This document shows, piece by piece, positions 51,571-59,329 of a stretch of 64,000 nucleotides of DNA. A model generated the notes under the pieces. The model was not told the DNA's origin. It ran no database searches and was given only the letters and a program-made list of their open reading frames with translations. The stretch covers positions 1,504,001 through 1,568,000 of the forward strand of contig CBDFJG010000003.1 in assembly GCA_965248445.1 (NCBI GenBank), in the 5' to 3' direction. Each line of letters begins with the position of its first letter. The first letter of the stretch is position 1. This DNA comes from Planctomycetota bacterium. Lineage in GTDB: Bacteria; Planctomycetota; JAJSAM01; JAJVHW01. Both the position numbers and the translations under genes were made by a program.

Positions 51571-52640
51571 CGGTCGGACGCGGTAGGCGACATCGTTGAC
51601 CTGCGCGCCGAATAGCTCTTTGAGATCTCGGTGGCAACGGAAGGAAGGGCACCAAGACGCGGTTCGCCGCGACGAGGTGTCGGTGGGGACTTCGGTCCTC
51701 GAACACTTCCGGAACCGCGTGGTGTGCCGGCATCGCGCGGAATGCATCGGGAGGCGCCTGAGGCGTCTCGGCGATGCGCAGAGAAACCCCAGGGGAGTCG
51801 CGGATCTCATCGAGAACCGCACGTCACCCTGTCGGACAGACCCTGTGACAACGGCCCGAGGGGCGCAGTTCGCTGCGTGACACGGGTGGAATTGTGCGAG
51901 GGGGATACGGCGGGTCCCGGCCCGTCTGCGACAGATGATGGACTTCGAAGGGGAACCCCGATACGGCGAGAAAGCTGCACTTAACGGGTGTGGCGGAACC
52001 GCTGGGCAATGTGAACGGAGGGCGCCGAAGCAAACGGCGATCGGCCTCGTGAAGCCTCAGACTTCGAGACTGGTCGCAACCAACACGGCGTACCGGAGCA
52101 ACGGTCGGCGAGAGCTGCCCGGACTGCAACGGACACACGGCCCCACAAGGTACGGGGCGAGGAAACCCCACGAGTGGCGATGGTCGTCGACGACCGTCAA
52201 GTGACAGGGGAGTAAACCGTCGAGGAGGGAAAGAACCTCGAGGACGGAACGTGCCGGGTGAGGCAAACCCGGGTTAAGCGGACCCTGCCGCCCACGCCGC
52301 TGGAGGGGCAATGAACCCCAGGAGGGGAAGTGAGGATCACCGTAATGATCCACACCGGCGGTAAGGCAAGACCCTGAGCGGGCAGCCAAGCCTGAGGGAG
52401 ACGTCCACGTGGCAACACGAGGACCGGTCGCCCGACTGAAGACCCCACGGTCGTGTCACTCGGCACGACGAAGCAGGTCGCCGCAAACCAATACGCGGCT
52501 AGGTTGAGCGAAGAGGAACTCCGAGAGGCGGCGAAACCCTGAGAGGTGTCGGTCCTGAGACGGCAACGTCCCAAGACACAATTCCCTACCGACCGCAAAC
52601 CCCTGAAGAGGCAAACACGAATAGCCACCGCGTTCGACCA
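51571..52640 (+). ncRNA. Candidate large structured non-coding RNA (~1070 nt), class unrecognised
   Basis: No credible ORF; 51572-51588 pairs with 52624-52639; UUCG/GNRA hairpins; recurring AACCCYGAGAGG-like motif; promoter upstream and strong hairpin downstream. Confidence 0.7.
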
Positions 52641-52648
52641 CCCGGCAG

Positions 52649-52682
52649 CACGGCCCGCGCACCAATCGGTGCGCGGGCCGTG
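52649..52682 (+). terminator. Terminator-like hairpin
   Basis: cacggcccgcgcacc-aatc-ggtgcgcgggccgtg, perfect 15-bp stem; no clear U-tract. Confidence 0.65.
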
Positions 52683-52690
52683 GTCGATTC

Positions 52691-52731
52691 GTAACCGTTC
52701 ACCCCTTGACAGCGTGTGAGCCTCAGCGTGC
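52691..52731 (-). mobile_element. 41-bp end remnant of a related IS66 element
   Basis: gtaaccgttca..tgac..gcctcagcg aligns with the IS end gtacccgttca..tgac..gcctcagcg. Confidence 0.6.
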
Positions 52732-54263
52732 GTACCCGTTCAGGGTATGACGATCCGCGGCCTCAGCGCGTGATCGGGAGCGCGACGAGAGCCGGCGGCG
52801 AGCGGTTGTGCGCGAGTGCCGCGCTGACGTCTGCGAGGTAATCGAAGACGCTCTCGCCACGCTGGCGGAGCGTGGCGGTGACGGTCAGGATGCGCTCGAC
52901 GAAGCGGAGTCCGCGCTCGCTCTGACTTCCGTGCGTTGCGCGTCTCCACAGGACCGGCTTGCGCACCGCGCGCTCAGCGGCGTTGTTCGTCGGGGAGACG
53001 CCAGGGACGTCGGCGAAGGTCCACAGAGCCTCCGCTCGGTCGAGCAGATGCCGAGTCGTTCCGCGTACTCGGCGGTGCTTGCTGTCTGCGCCGCGCACGA
53101 GCAGCGTCAGGAGTCGGTCCCATGTGAGACGCAGCTCACGCCGCATGCGGTCGCGGTCCCCGTGCTCGCCGAAGTGACGCTGAGCTCGCATGACAGCCTG
53201 GGCGAGACGCACGGCCTGCTTGCCGAAGCGCCGGCCGCCGCGCGAGCCCTCGGCCAGCGCTCGAAAGTCCCTCTCGAGATGCGCCCAGCAGATCTGGCGG
53301 CGCTCGGTGGGATGCTGGTCGTAAGCGCCCATACGGTCGGTCACGAGGACGCCCCTGAAGCGCTTGCCCACGAGTCGCCGCATGGCCTTGGCGCTCCTGC
53401 GCCGATCGATACGATGGACCGTGGCGTGCTCACAGACCGCGCTCCACAGCCAATGCAGCGTGCCACGACGCGACCACGGTGTCTCGTCTACATAGGCGAC
53501 GCTGCTCGTGCGTACGGCCCCGAGGGCCTCGATGTGCGCTGAGGAGATGGCTCCCGACACCCGCTCCTCGATCGCACTGACCGTGCCCGGTGACATCGAG
53601 ACGCCGATGACGTCACGCAACAGACGACTGGTCTCGCGCCGCGACAGGCGGAAGACGCCGACCAGAGCCGCGGTGAGCGCACAGAGTCGCGGGCCGAAGG
53701 GACTCGCCGTCACACCGCTTGGCAGCGAGGCAGTGGACGTGGCGCCACAGTCCGTGCACCGTGCCCGGTGCAACCGGTGCTCGGTCACCTGGATCAGCCG
53801 TGGCGGGACCTCGAAGACCTGCTGGCGTGTCGGGGCGCGATCGATCGGGACGAGCACGTCGCTCCCACACGCGCTGCACTCGCGCGGGCGGTGGTCCTCT
53901 ACGCCATCGACCTCGGACTCGTCCACGAGCTTGCGCGTCGCCCCTTTGTGGCCGGGCTGCGCACCCTGGCGCTTGTCCGACGGCGGCTTGCGCCGCCGCC
54001 GCTTCTTGGACCACGACGGATCCGAGGACGGTGGGCGCGAGGAGGTGCGGGAGTCCCGGCGAAGACGGCTCTCGAGATCGTCGATCCGTGCCGCCTGCCG
54101 CTCGATCACCTCCGCCTGCTCGGCAATCGTCTCGTCCCGAGCGTCCAGACGACGGGTCAGGCGCTCGACCAGATCACGCAGCTCATCGGTGCCCACATCC
54201 GATTCATCGACCGAACGGAAAGCGATCTGGATCCGAGCTCAGAACCAAGGGCTGAACGGGTAC
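52732..54263 (-). mobile_element. IS66-family insertion sequence, copy 2 (direct repeat of copy 1, offset 4584 bp)
   Basis: Same inverted repeats and identical transposase translation. Confidence 0.92.
52763..54196 (-). CDS. IS66 family transposase
   Basis: Identical protein to 48179-49612. Confidence 0.95.
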   Translation of the reverse strand: MGTDELRDLVERLTRRLDARDETIAEQAEVIERQAARIDDLESRLRRDSRTSSRPPSSDPSWSKKRRRRKPPSDKRQGAQPGHKGATRKLVDESEVDGVEDHRPRECSACGSDVLVPIDRAPTRQQVFEVPPRLIQVTEHRLHRARCTDCGATSTASLPSGVTASPFGPRLCALTAALVGVFRLSRRETSRLLRDVIGVSMSPGTVSAIEERVSGAISSAHIEALGAVRTSSVAYVDETPWSRRGTLHWLWSAVCEHATVHRIDRRRSAKAMRRLVGKRFRGVLVTDRMGAYDQHPTERRQICWAHLERDFRALAEGSRGGRRFGKQAVRLAQAVMRAQRHFGEHGDRDRMRRELRLTWDRLLTLLVRGADSKHRRVRGTTRHLLDRAEALWTFADVPGVSPTNNAAERAVRKPVLWRRATHGSQSERGLRFVERILTVTATLRQRGESVFDYLADVSAALAHNRSPPALVALPITR

Positions 54264-54303
54264 CCTGCAAGTGCCCCCGCGGGCCACCGGGATTCCCGGA
54301 CGG

Positions 54304-56148
54304 TCAATTCGCGTGGATCGCTCCCCACATGAACGGACGGAACAGCGAGTACGCGTCGAGGCCCGACAGCAGCGGCTCCGGCACGCCGGGGCGGCGCAGG
54401 CCGCTGCCGGCGACGTTCAGCAGGAAGACGTCCGGGAGTCCGTCGGGGAAGACCTCGTCGACGGACACCGCGAGCGTGAATCGGAACTCCGAGTCGTTGG
54501 CGTGCCCGCCGTACCGCAGCCCGCCGAGGCCGCCGCGAGGCGAACCTCCGTCCAGATGGACGCGGCGCGGGCGGATCTTGCCCTCTTCGGTGCCTGTGAG
54601 CGCGAGCTGGAAGTCGCCGTCGCCGACCCTCAGGTTCTGCTCCTCGCCGATGACGATGATCACCGCGGTCCCGAGTCCCCCGGTCGCCGACGACGGGAAG
54701 AACGAGTCCTCGAGGTAGAAACGGCCGTCGAAAAACAGCTGATCGTCCGAGACGCCGAAGCGCAGGAACTCACCGCTCTTGGCGTTCTTGATCGGCATCT
54801 CGGCAAGCAGCTCCATCGGCGGCATCTTGGCTTGCAGCGCCTCCTTCGTCAGCGGAACGCGCTTCAGGTTTGCGGACGTGCGCGGGGGCAGCCACCAGTA
54901 CTCCGCGACCCACATCACCTGCTCGATCTGATACACGTCGCGCTGCTCGTTCGTGAAGACCAGAGTCTCGCCGGCGAATGCGAGCGCCTCGTTCTGCCGC
55001 GCGTGTAGCGCGAAGCCGCCCATCGGTTCGCCGTCCAGGCGATCACTCGGGTAGAGCAGCAACTCCGCATAGGTCATGACGGCGATCGTCAGTCCGTCAG
55101 CACTGATGTCCGCAGCCGTCACCTGCTCGCGGTCGCCGATGGAGAGGTTGCCGACAAGCTGTCCCATGTTGCGCTCACCGACCGGCAGCACCGACGCGTC
55201 GACGAGGTCAGTAAACGCGAACACCGGAGAGCCGTCTTCGCCGCGGTTCTTCACGATCAGGTGGACGACGCCCCCGATCACCACGGCGGCCTCGACGTCG
55301 TGCGGACCGTCGGGGTATGCGATCGGGTACGTCGCCACCAGCTCGAGGCCGCTGACGGCCGCGCGCACGCGGTAGAGCGTCGGGTCGTTGCGTTGGCGCA
55401 GATTGTCGCCGACGTCGCAGATGAGCAGGTCGCCGTCGATTACGGCGAGGTCCTCCCAGTCGACGGCCTCGGCCCCGGGGACGGTCAGCTTCTGCGCACC
55501 CGCGAAAGACGGTACGCTGCTGCGATAGACGTACGGACCGTCACCGCTGTCGTTCACGGTCCAGTAGTCGCCATGCAAGTACGCGAGACCGCTGTTCTCT
55601 CGGATCTCCGGGTGCTCGATGCACGCGACCGGCGTGAGCCGTGCGGCGCCCGGGCCGAGTTGCGAGAGCGAGTCCTCGCCCGTCGAAGCGATCCCCGGCT
55701 GGTAGGACGGCTCCGGGGCGTACGTTCCCGCCGCCGGGTCGACCACCGGCTGCGCGGCGATCTCCGGCGTCCCCGCCGATCCACCCGATTCGAGTGGCAG
55801 ACGTGGCTCGAGCTCACCGGGGAGTTCGACAGCCGTGCCGGCCTCCGGCCAGTCCTCCTCGAGTCCGTACGCGCCGGCCGTCGCGTCGGCCGGTTCCGCA
55901 ACCTCGTACCCGACCGAAGCCGACGCGCCCGACGACGCTCCGCCGCGACCGCGCATCGACATCGCTTCTTCGACGGGGATCAGGTCGATGTCCGGCGAGT
56001 CGTAGAACGGGTGCGAGCTCGTGCCCGACGGTGTGCTCCGCGCCGGACCCGAGCGCGATGAACGGGGCGAGTCGCAACCCGAGAGCAGCGGCAAGCCGGC
56101 CAGCGCGGCGAGTGCGAGCAGAGTGATGCAGCAAGATGACGAGGGCAC
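54304..56148 (-). CDS. Lipoprotein with beta-propeller (phytase/SdiA-regulated-like) domain
   Basis: Lipobox LSGC, low-complexity linker, ENSGL..TVNDSGD..DWEDL..DVGDN..HDVEA..QNEA. Confidence 0.75.
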   Translation of the reverse strand: MPSSSCCITLLALAALAGLPLLSGCDSPRSSRSGPARSTPSGTSSHPFYDSPDIDLIPVEEAMSMRGRGGASSGASASVGYEVAEPADATAGAYGLEEDWPEAGTAVELPGELEPRLPLESGGSAGTPEIAAQPVVDPAAGTYAPEPSYQPGIASTGEDSLSQLGPGAARLTPVACIEHPEIRENSGLAYLHGDYWTVNDSGDGPYVYRSSVPSFAGAQKLTVPGAEAVDWEDLAVIDGDLLICDVGDNLRQRNDPTLYRVRAAVSGLELVATYPIAYPDGPHDVEAAVVIGGVVHLIVKNRGEDGSPVFAFTDLVDASVLPVGERNMGQLVGNLSIGDREQVTAADISADGLTIAVMTYAELLLYPSDRLDGEPMGGFALHARQNEALAFAGETLVFTNEQRDVYQIEQVMWVAEYWWLPPRTSANLKRVPLTKEALQAKMPPMELLAEMPIKNAKSGEFLRFGVSDDQLFFDGRFYLEDSFFPSSATGGLGTAVIIVIGEEQNLRVGDGDFQLALTGTEEGKIRPRRVHLDGGSPRGGLGGLRYGGHANDSEFRFTLAVSVDEVFPDGLPDVFLLNVAGSGLRRPGVPEPLLSGLDAYSLFRPFMWGAIHAN

Positions 56149-56331
56149 GGGCAGTCTCCAGGGATACCGGCCCGCCACTCCTTCGACTTCCTGGGGGGCG
56201 CCGGGACCCACGTTCTACCCGCCCCGCGGGGCGCCTGTCCCGTCCCGGCGCCCCGCGCATCCAGGGGCTCGGGGGAGGCTTCGCGTGCGCGGGCGGGCCG
56301 GCTCGCGAAGCCTGCGGGGTAGGTTGTGCCG

Positions 56332-57012
56332 ATGATCGAGCCCGAGTTCGTCCCCCACGCCGACCGCTACCTCCCTCCGGACCCGCCCGGGCGGGCCGCG
56401 CGCGCGTTCGCCGAGGCGATGAGCCGGCGGCGCAGCGTGCGCCAATTCTCCGACCGGCCGGTGGCCCGCGAGACGATCGAGGAGATCGTGCGCGCCGCGG
56501 CGTGGGCGCCCAGCGGTGCCAACAAGCAGCCGTGGCGGTTCGTCTGCGTCAGCGACCCTGGACAGAAGCACCGCATCCGGATGGCCGTCGAGCAGGCCGA
56601 GCGGGAGTTCTACGCCGAGCGCGCGAGTGAGGCGTGGCTGCGGGACCTCGCTCCACTCGGGACGGACGCCGACAAGCGCTACCTCGAGGTCGCGCCTTGG
56701 CTGATCGTCGTGTTTCGCATGACGAAGACCGACGCCGGCGGACAGGTGTACTACGGCGACGAGTCGGTGGGCATCGCCGTCGGCATGCTCCTCACCGCCG
56801 CGCACATGGCGGGGCTCGCGACGCTCACACACACGCCGGCGCCGATGAAGATCCTCGCCGAGGTTCTCGGACGGCCTGCTCACGAACGGGCCTACATGCT
56901 CATCCCGGTCGGACACGCCGCGGACGACTGCGCCGTCCCGAAACACGCGTTGACGCGCCGCCCGTTCGAAGACGTCGCCGTGTTCGTGGAACCGTCCTCG
57001 CGCAGCACCTGA
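56332..57012 (+). CDS. Nitroreductase family protein, iodotyrosine deiodinase-like
   Basis: RRRSVRQFS, APSGANKQPW, EREFY, DADKRYLE, YYGDESVGIA, TLTHTP. Confidence 0.85.
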   Translation: MIEPEFVPHADRYLPPDPPGRAARAFAEAMSRRRSVRQFSDRPVARETIEEIVRAAAWAPSGANKQPWRFVCVSDPGQKHRIRMAVEQAEREFYAERASEAWLRDLAPLGTDADKRYLEVAPWLIVVFRMTKTDAGGQVYYGDESVGIAVGMLLTAAHMAGLATLTHTPAPMKILAEVLGRPAHERAYMLIPVGHAADDCAVPKHALTRRPFEDVAVFVEPSSRST

Positions 57013-57014
57013 GA

Positions 57015-57110
57015 CTCGGCACCCGAGATTCGGGCCTGACAGCCGGCATCCGACAGAGTCGGCACCGCGTACTTGGCATCGGGTAGTCGGCACCGCGTAG
57101 TTGGCACCAC
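57015..57110. repeat. Imperfect 14-nt-period tandem repeat between convergent genes
   Basis: tcggcaccgcgtac-ttggcatcgggtag-tcggcaccgcgtag-ttggcaccac, with more degenerate cggca units upstream. Confidence 0.65.
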
Positions 57111-57117
57111 TGAGACG

Positions 57118-57852
57118 TCACCGGCAAGACAGGCCCAGCGCGTCGCAGAGGAACCGGAGGTAGGGCGCTCCCGACTCGAACGCCTCCACCGCCTGGTCGA
57201 CGAAATCGGGTCGGGCGACGTCCGCCAGGCGCACGCGAGCCTCTGCGCGGAAGTCCTTCCGCCGCAGGTCCGTCGCAAACGGGTGATCCGCGTCGTAGCC
57301 CGCGGGGACGCGGCGGAGCTCAGGCGGTCCCAGGACTCCCGAGGTCGCGGCGCCGAACGTGCTGACGAACTGCTCGTTCTCTGTCGCAGCGGCCCAGCGC
57401 CGCCGATGCTCGTCGATGTGACGGCGGATGCGGCGCAAGGTGACGGGACCGCGAGGGCGGACCCCGACTCCCAAGTGCACGGCGTCGGGACGCACGCGCA
57501 GCCAGAACCCCGGGGCGGTCGCCCGCTCCTCGTCCTCGTGCGGGAAGCTGAGGAACACGCGCGTGTGATACGGCCGGCGGTCGGCACTGAAGCGAATGTC
57601 GCGGTGCATTCGGAGCATGGAACCGCCGGTGCGGGATGCGTCGATGACCAGGCGCGGGCAGATCCTCAGGACATGCGGACGGATCGCACGAGTGAAGGCG
57701 AGCGCGGGCTCGCGCACCTCCGACTCGAAGCGGTCCTGCTGCGAGTGAAACCAATCCCTGTCGTTGTTCGCCTGCAACTCCTTCAGGAACTTGCGCAGGC
57801 CCGGCCGGAACCCCGTGAAGTCGGGCTCCGCCCTTGCTTGAGAGATTGGCAC
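57118..57852 (-). CDS. DUF2461 family protein
   Basis: FLKELQANNDRDWF, RMHRDIRFSADRRPY, LRRVPAGYDADHP..DLRRKDF. Confidence 0.88.
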   Translation of the reverse strand: MPISQARAEPDFTGFRPGLRKFLKELQANNDRDWFHSQQDRFESEVREPALAFTRAIRPHVLRICPRLVIDASRTGGSMLRMHRDIRFSADRRPYHTRVFLSFPHEDEERATAPGFWLRVRPDAVHLGVGVRPRGPVTLRRIRRHIDEHRRRWAAATENEQFVSTFGAATSGVLGPPELRRVPAGYDADHPFATDLRRKDFRAEARVRLADVARPDFVDQAVEAFESGAPYLRFLCDALGLSCR

Positions 57853-57971
57853 GAGAGGGTCCTCCGAATGACTGATTCGGAGAGAGAGGACGGTGCTCGG
57901 CAAGCGGCGGTCACATGCGGTTCGGCGTTTTTCGCGGCAGGCGTCGCCCACGCACCGCAGACTCTCTCTCG

Positions 57972-59291
57972 ATGTCCCGGTCGCGTCCCGCCACCGCCCT
58001 CCTCGTGATCGTCCTCGCGGCGGCGATGGCTCCCCTCGCGCGCGCGGAGCAGATCGTGGAGACGGACGACGACGGCAACGTCATCCTCAAGTACTCCGTC
58101 GACGACGACGGCCTGTCTCACGGCGCATACCACGAGTTCTTCCCCGGTGGGAAGCGCACGAAACAACGCACGATGTTCAAGCACGGCGTGCGCCACGGCG
58201 ACATGGTCACCTACCACCCGAACGGCAAACTGCGGGTGAAGACCCGCTACAAGGACGGCAAGCCGGACGGCCCCTTCGTCGAACGCGACGACGACGGCCG
58301 CGACACGTATCGCGCGAACTACGCCGCCGGGCTGCGCGACGGGGAGTTCGTCCGGCTGAAAGAGGGGCGCGTCGTCGAGACGCAGGTCTGGGACGAGGAC
58401 ATGATCGTGTCGATCAACGGCGCGGTCGTCCATCCCCGCACACGCGACGAGATCGCCCGCGAGATCGAAGACGCATTCTCGACGAACGATCCTCTCGAGA
58501 AGGTCGAGGGCGACGAGAAGGCGAAGGCCCGCGGGGAGAGTCTGCGGCGGCTCAAGGCGTTCCGCGCGGTCGTGGGCGTGCCGTGGCGGGAAATGCGGCT
58601 CGACGCGCGCATGAATGCGCACGGAGACGCGGGGGCAGCGCTCTGCGAGCGCATCGGCCGGCTGGACCACACGCCCGCGAACCCCGGGATGCCCGAGGAG
58701 AAGTACAAGTTCGGATACACCGGCACGAGCAACTCGAACCTGTACGTCGGCCCGCCGGAGACGCCGATGATCTCGTCCGTGCGGGCGTACATGGACGACT
58801 CCGATCCGTCGAACATCGCGAAGGTCGGCCACCGGCGCTGGTGCATCAATCCGCGCATGCTGAAGACCGGCTTCGGTTCGTCCGGCCGCTACTCCGCCAT
58901 GTGGTCGATGGATCAGTCGAACCGGACGGTCAGCGGCCACGACACCGTCTCGTACCCGCCGGGCGGATACGCGCCGACCGAGTACTTCGCCGCGACGTAC
59001 GCGTGGAGCGTGGGGTTCCGCGCACGGGACTTCGCAGCGCCGGGCTCCGGTGGCGTGAAGATCGAGGTCGTCGCCGTCGACGAGGAGTACCAGGCCACGG
59101 GTGAACCGCTCGGACTCGAGGCGGTCGTCGTCGCGAAGGGCGGCACCGGAGACCGGTTCTGCGTGATCTTTCGCCCCCTCGGTCTCGACGTGAGCGACGG
59201 CGCACGGTATCGGGCCACGATCGAGGGCGTGACGCGCGGAGGCGATCCCTACACGCACCGCTACTTCGTGCATTTCTTCGACCTCTTGTAG
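57972..59291 (+). CDS. Secreted protein: MORN-variant repeats plus CAP (SCP) domain
   Basis: HGxYxEFFPGG/YHPNGKL/YKDGKPDG repeats; LDHTP..SNL..YMDDSD..GHRRWCINP..GFG. Confidence 0.8.
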   Translation: MSRSRPATALLVIVLAAAMAPLARAEQIVETDDDGNVILKYSVDDDGLSHGAYHEFFPGGKRTKQRTMFKHGVRHGDMVTYHPNGKLRVKTRYKDGKPDGPFVERDDDGRDTYRANYAAGLRDGEFVRLKEGRVVETQVWDEDMIVSINGAVVHPRTRDEIAREIEDAFSTNDPLEKVEGDEKAKARGESLRRLKAFRAVVGVPWREMRLDARMNAHGDAGAALCERIGRLDHTPANPGMPEEKYKFGYTGTSNSNLYVGPPETPMISSVRAYMDDSDPSNIAKVGHRRWCINPRMLKTGFGSSGRYSAMWSMDQSNRTVSGHDTVSYPPGGYAPTEYFAATYAWSVGFRARDFAAPGSGGVKIEVVAVDEEYQATGEPLGLEAVVVAKGGTGDRFCVIFRPLGLDVSDGARYRATIEGVTRGGDPYTHRYFVHFFDLL

Positions 59292-59329
59292 CCGCGCCGC
59301 TCTTGTAGATTGCCTCCGGAGGCAACGCG

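Noticed and set aside
51571..52640. Identification as RNase P, tmRNA, rRNA, group I/II intron or glycine riboswitch
   Set aside because: No 5' GAGGAAAGUCC (gaggaactcc occurs only near the 3' end), no tRNA-like ends, no rRNA signatures, no GUGYG start or domain V, no host gene or maturase, and no downstream regulated ORF; judged by eye only
50908..52665. Short ORFs across the ncRNA region (e.g. 50947-51822, 51935-52204, 52197-52628)
   Set aside because: Mutually overlapping, lack host codon bias and contain no recognisable domains
48140..54271. Target-site duplications around the IS66 copies
   Set aside because: No pair of flanks matches
50799..57110. CRISPR array from the 18-bp, 14-bp or ncRNA-internal repeats
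   Set aside because: No identical 23-47 bp repeats with unique regular spacers, and no cas genes
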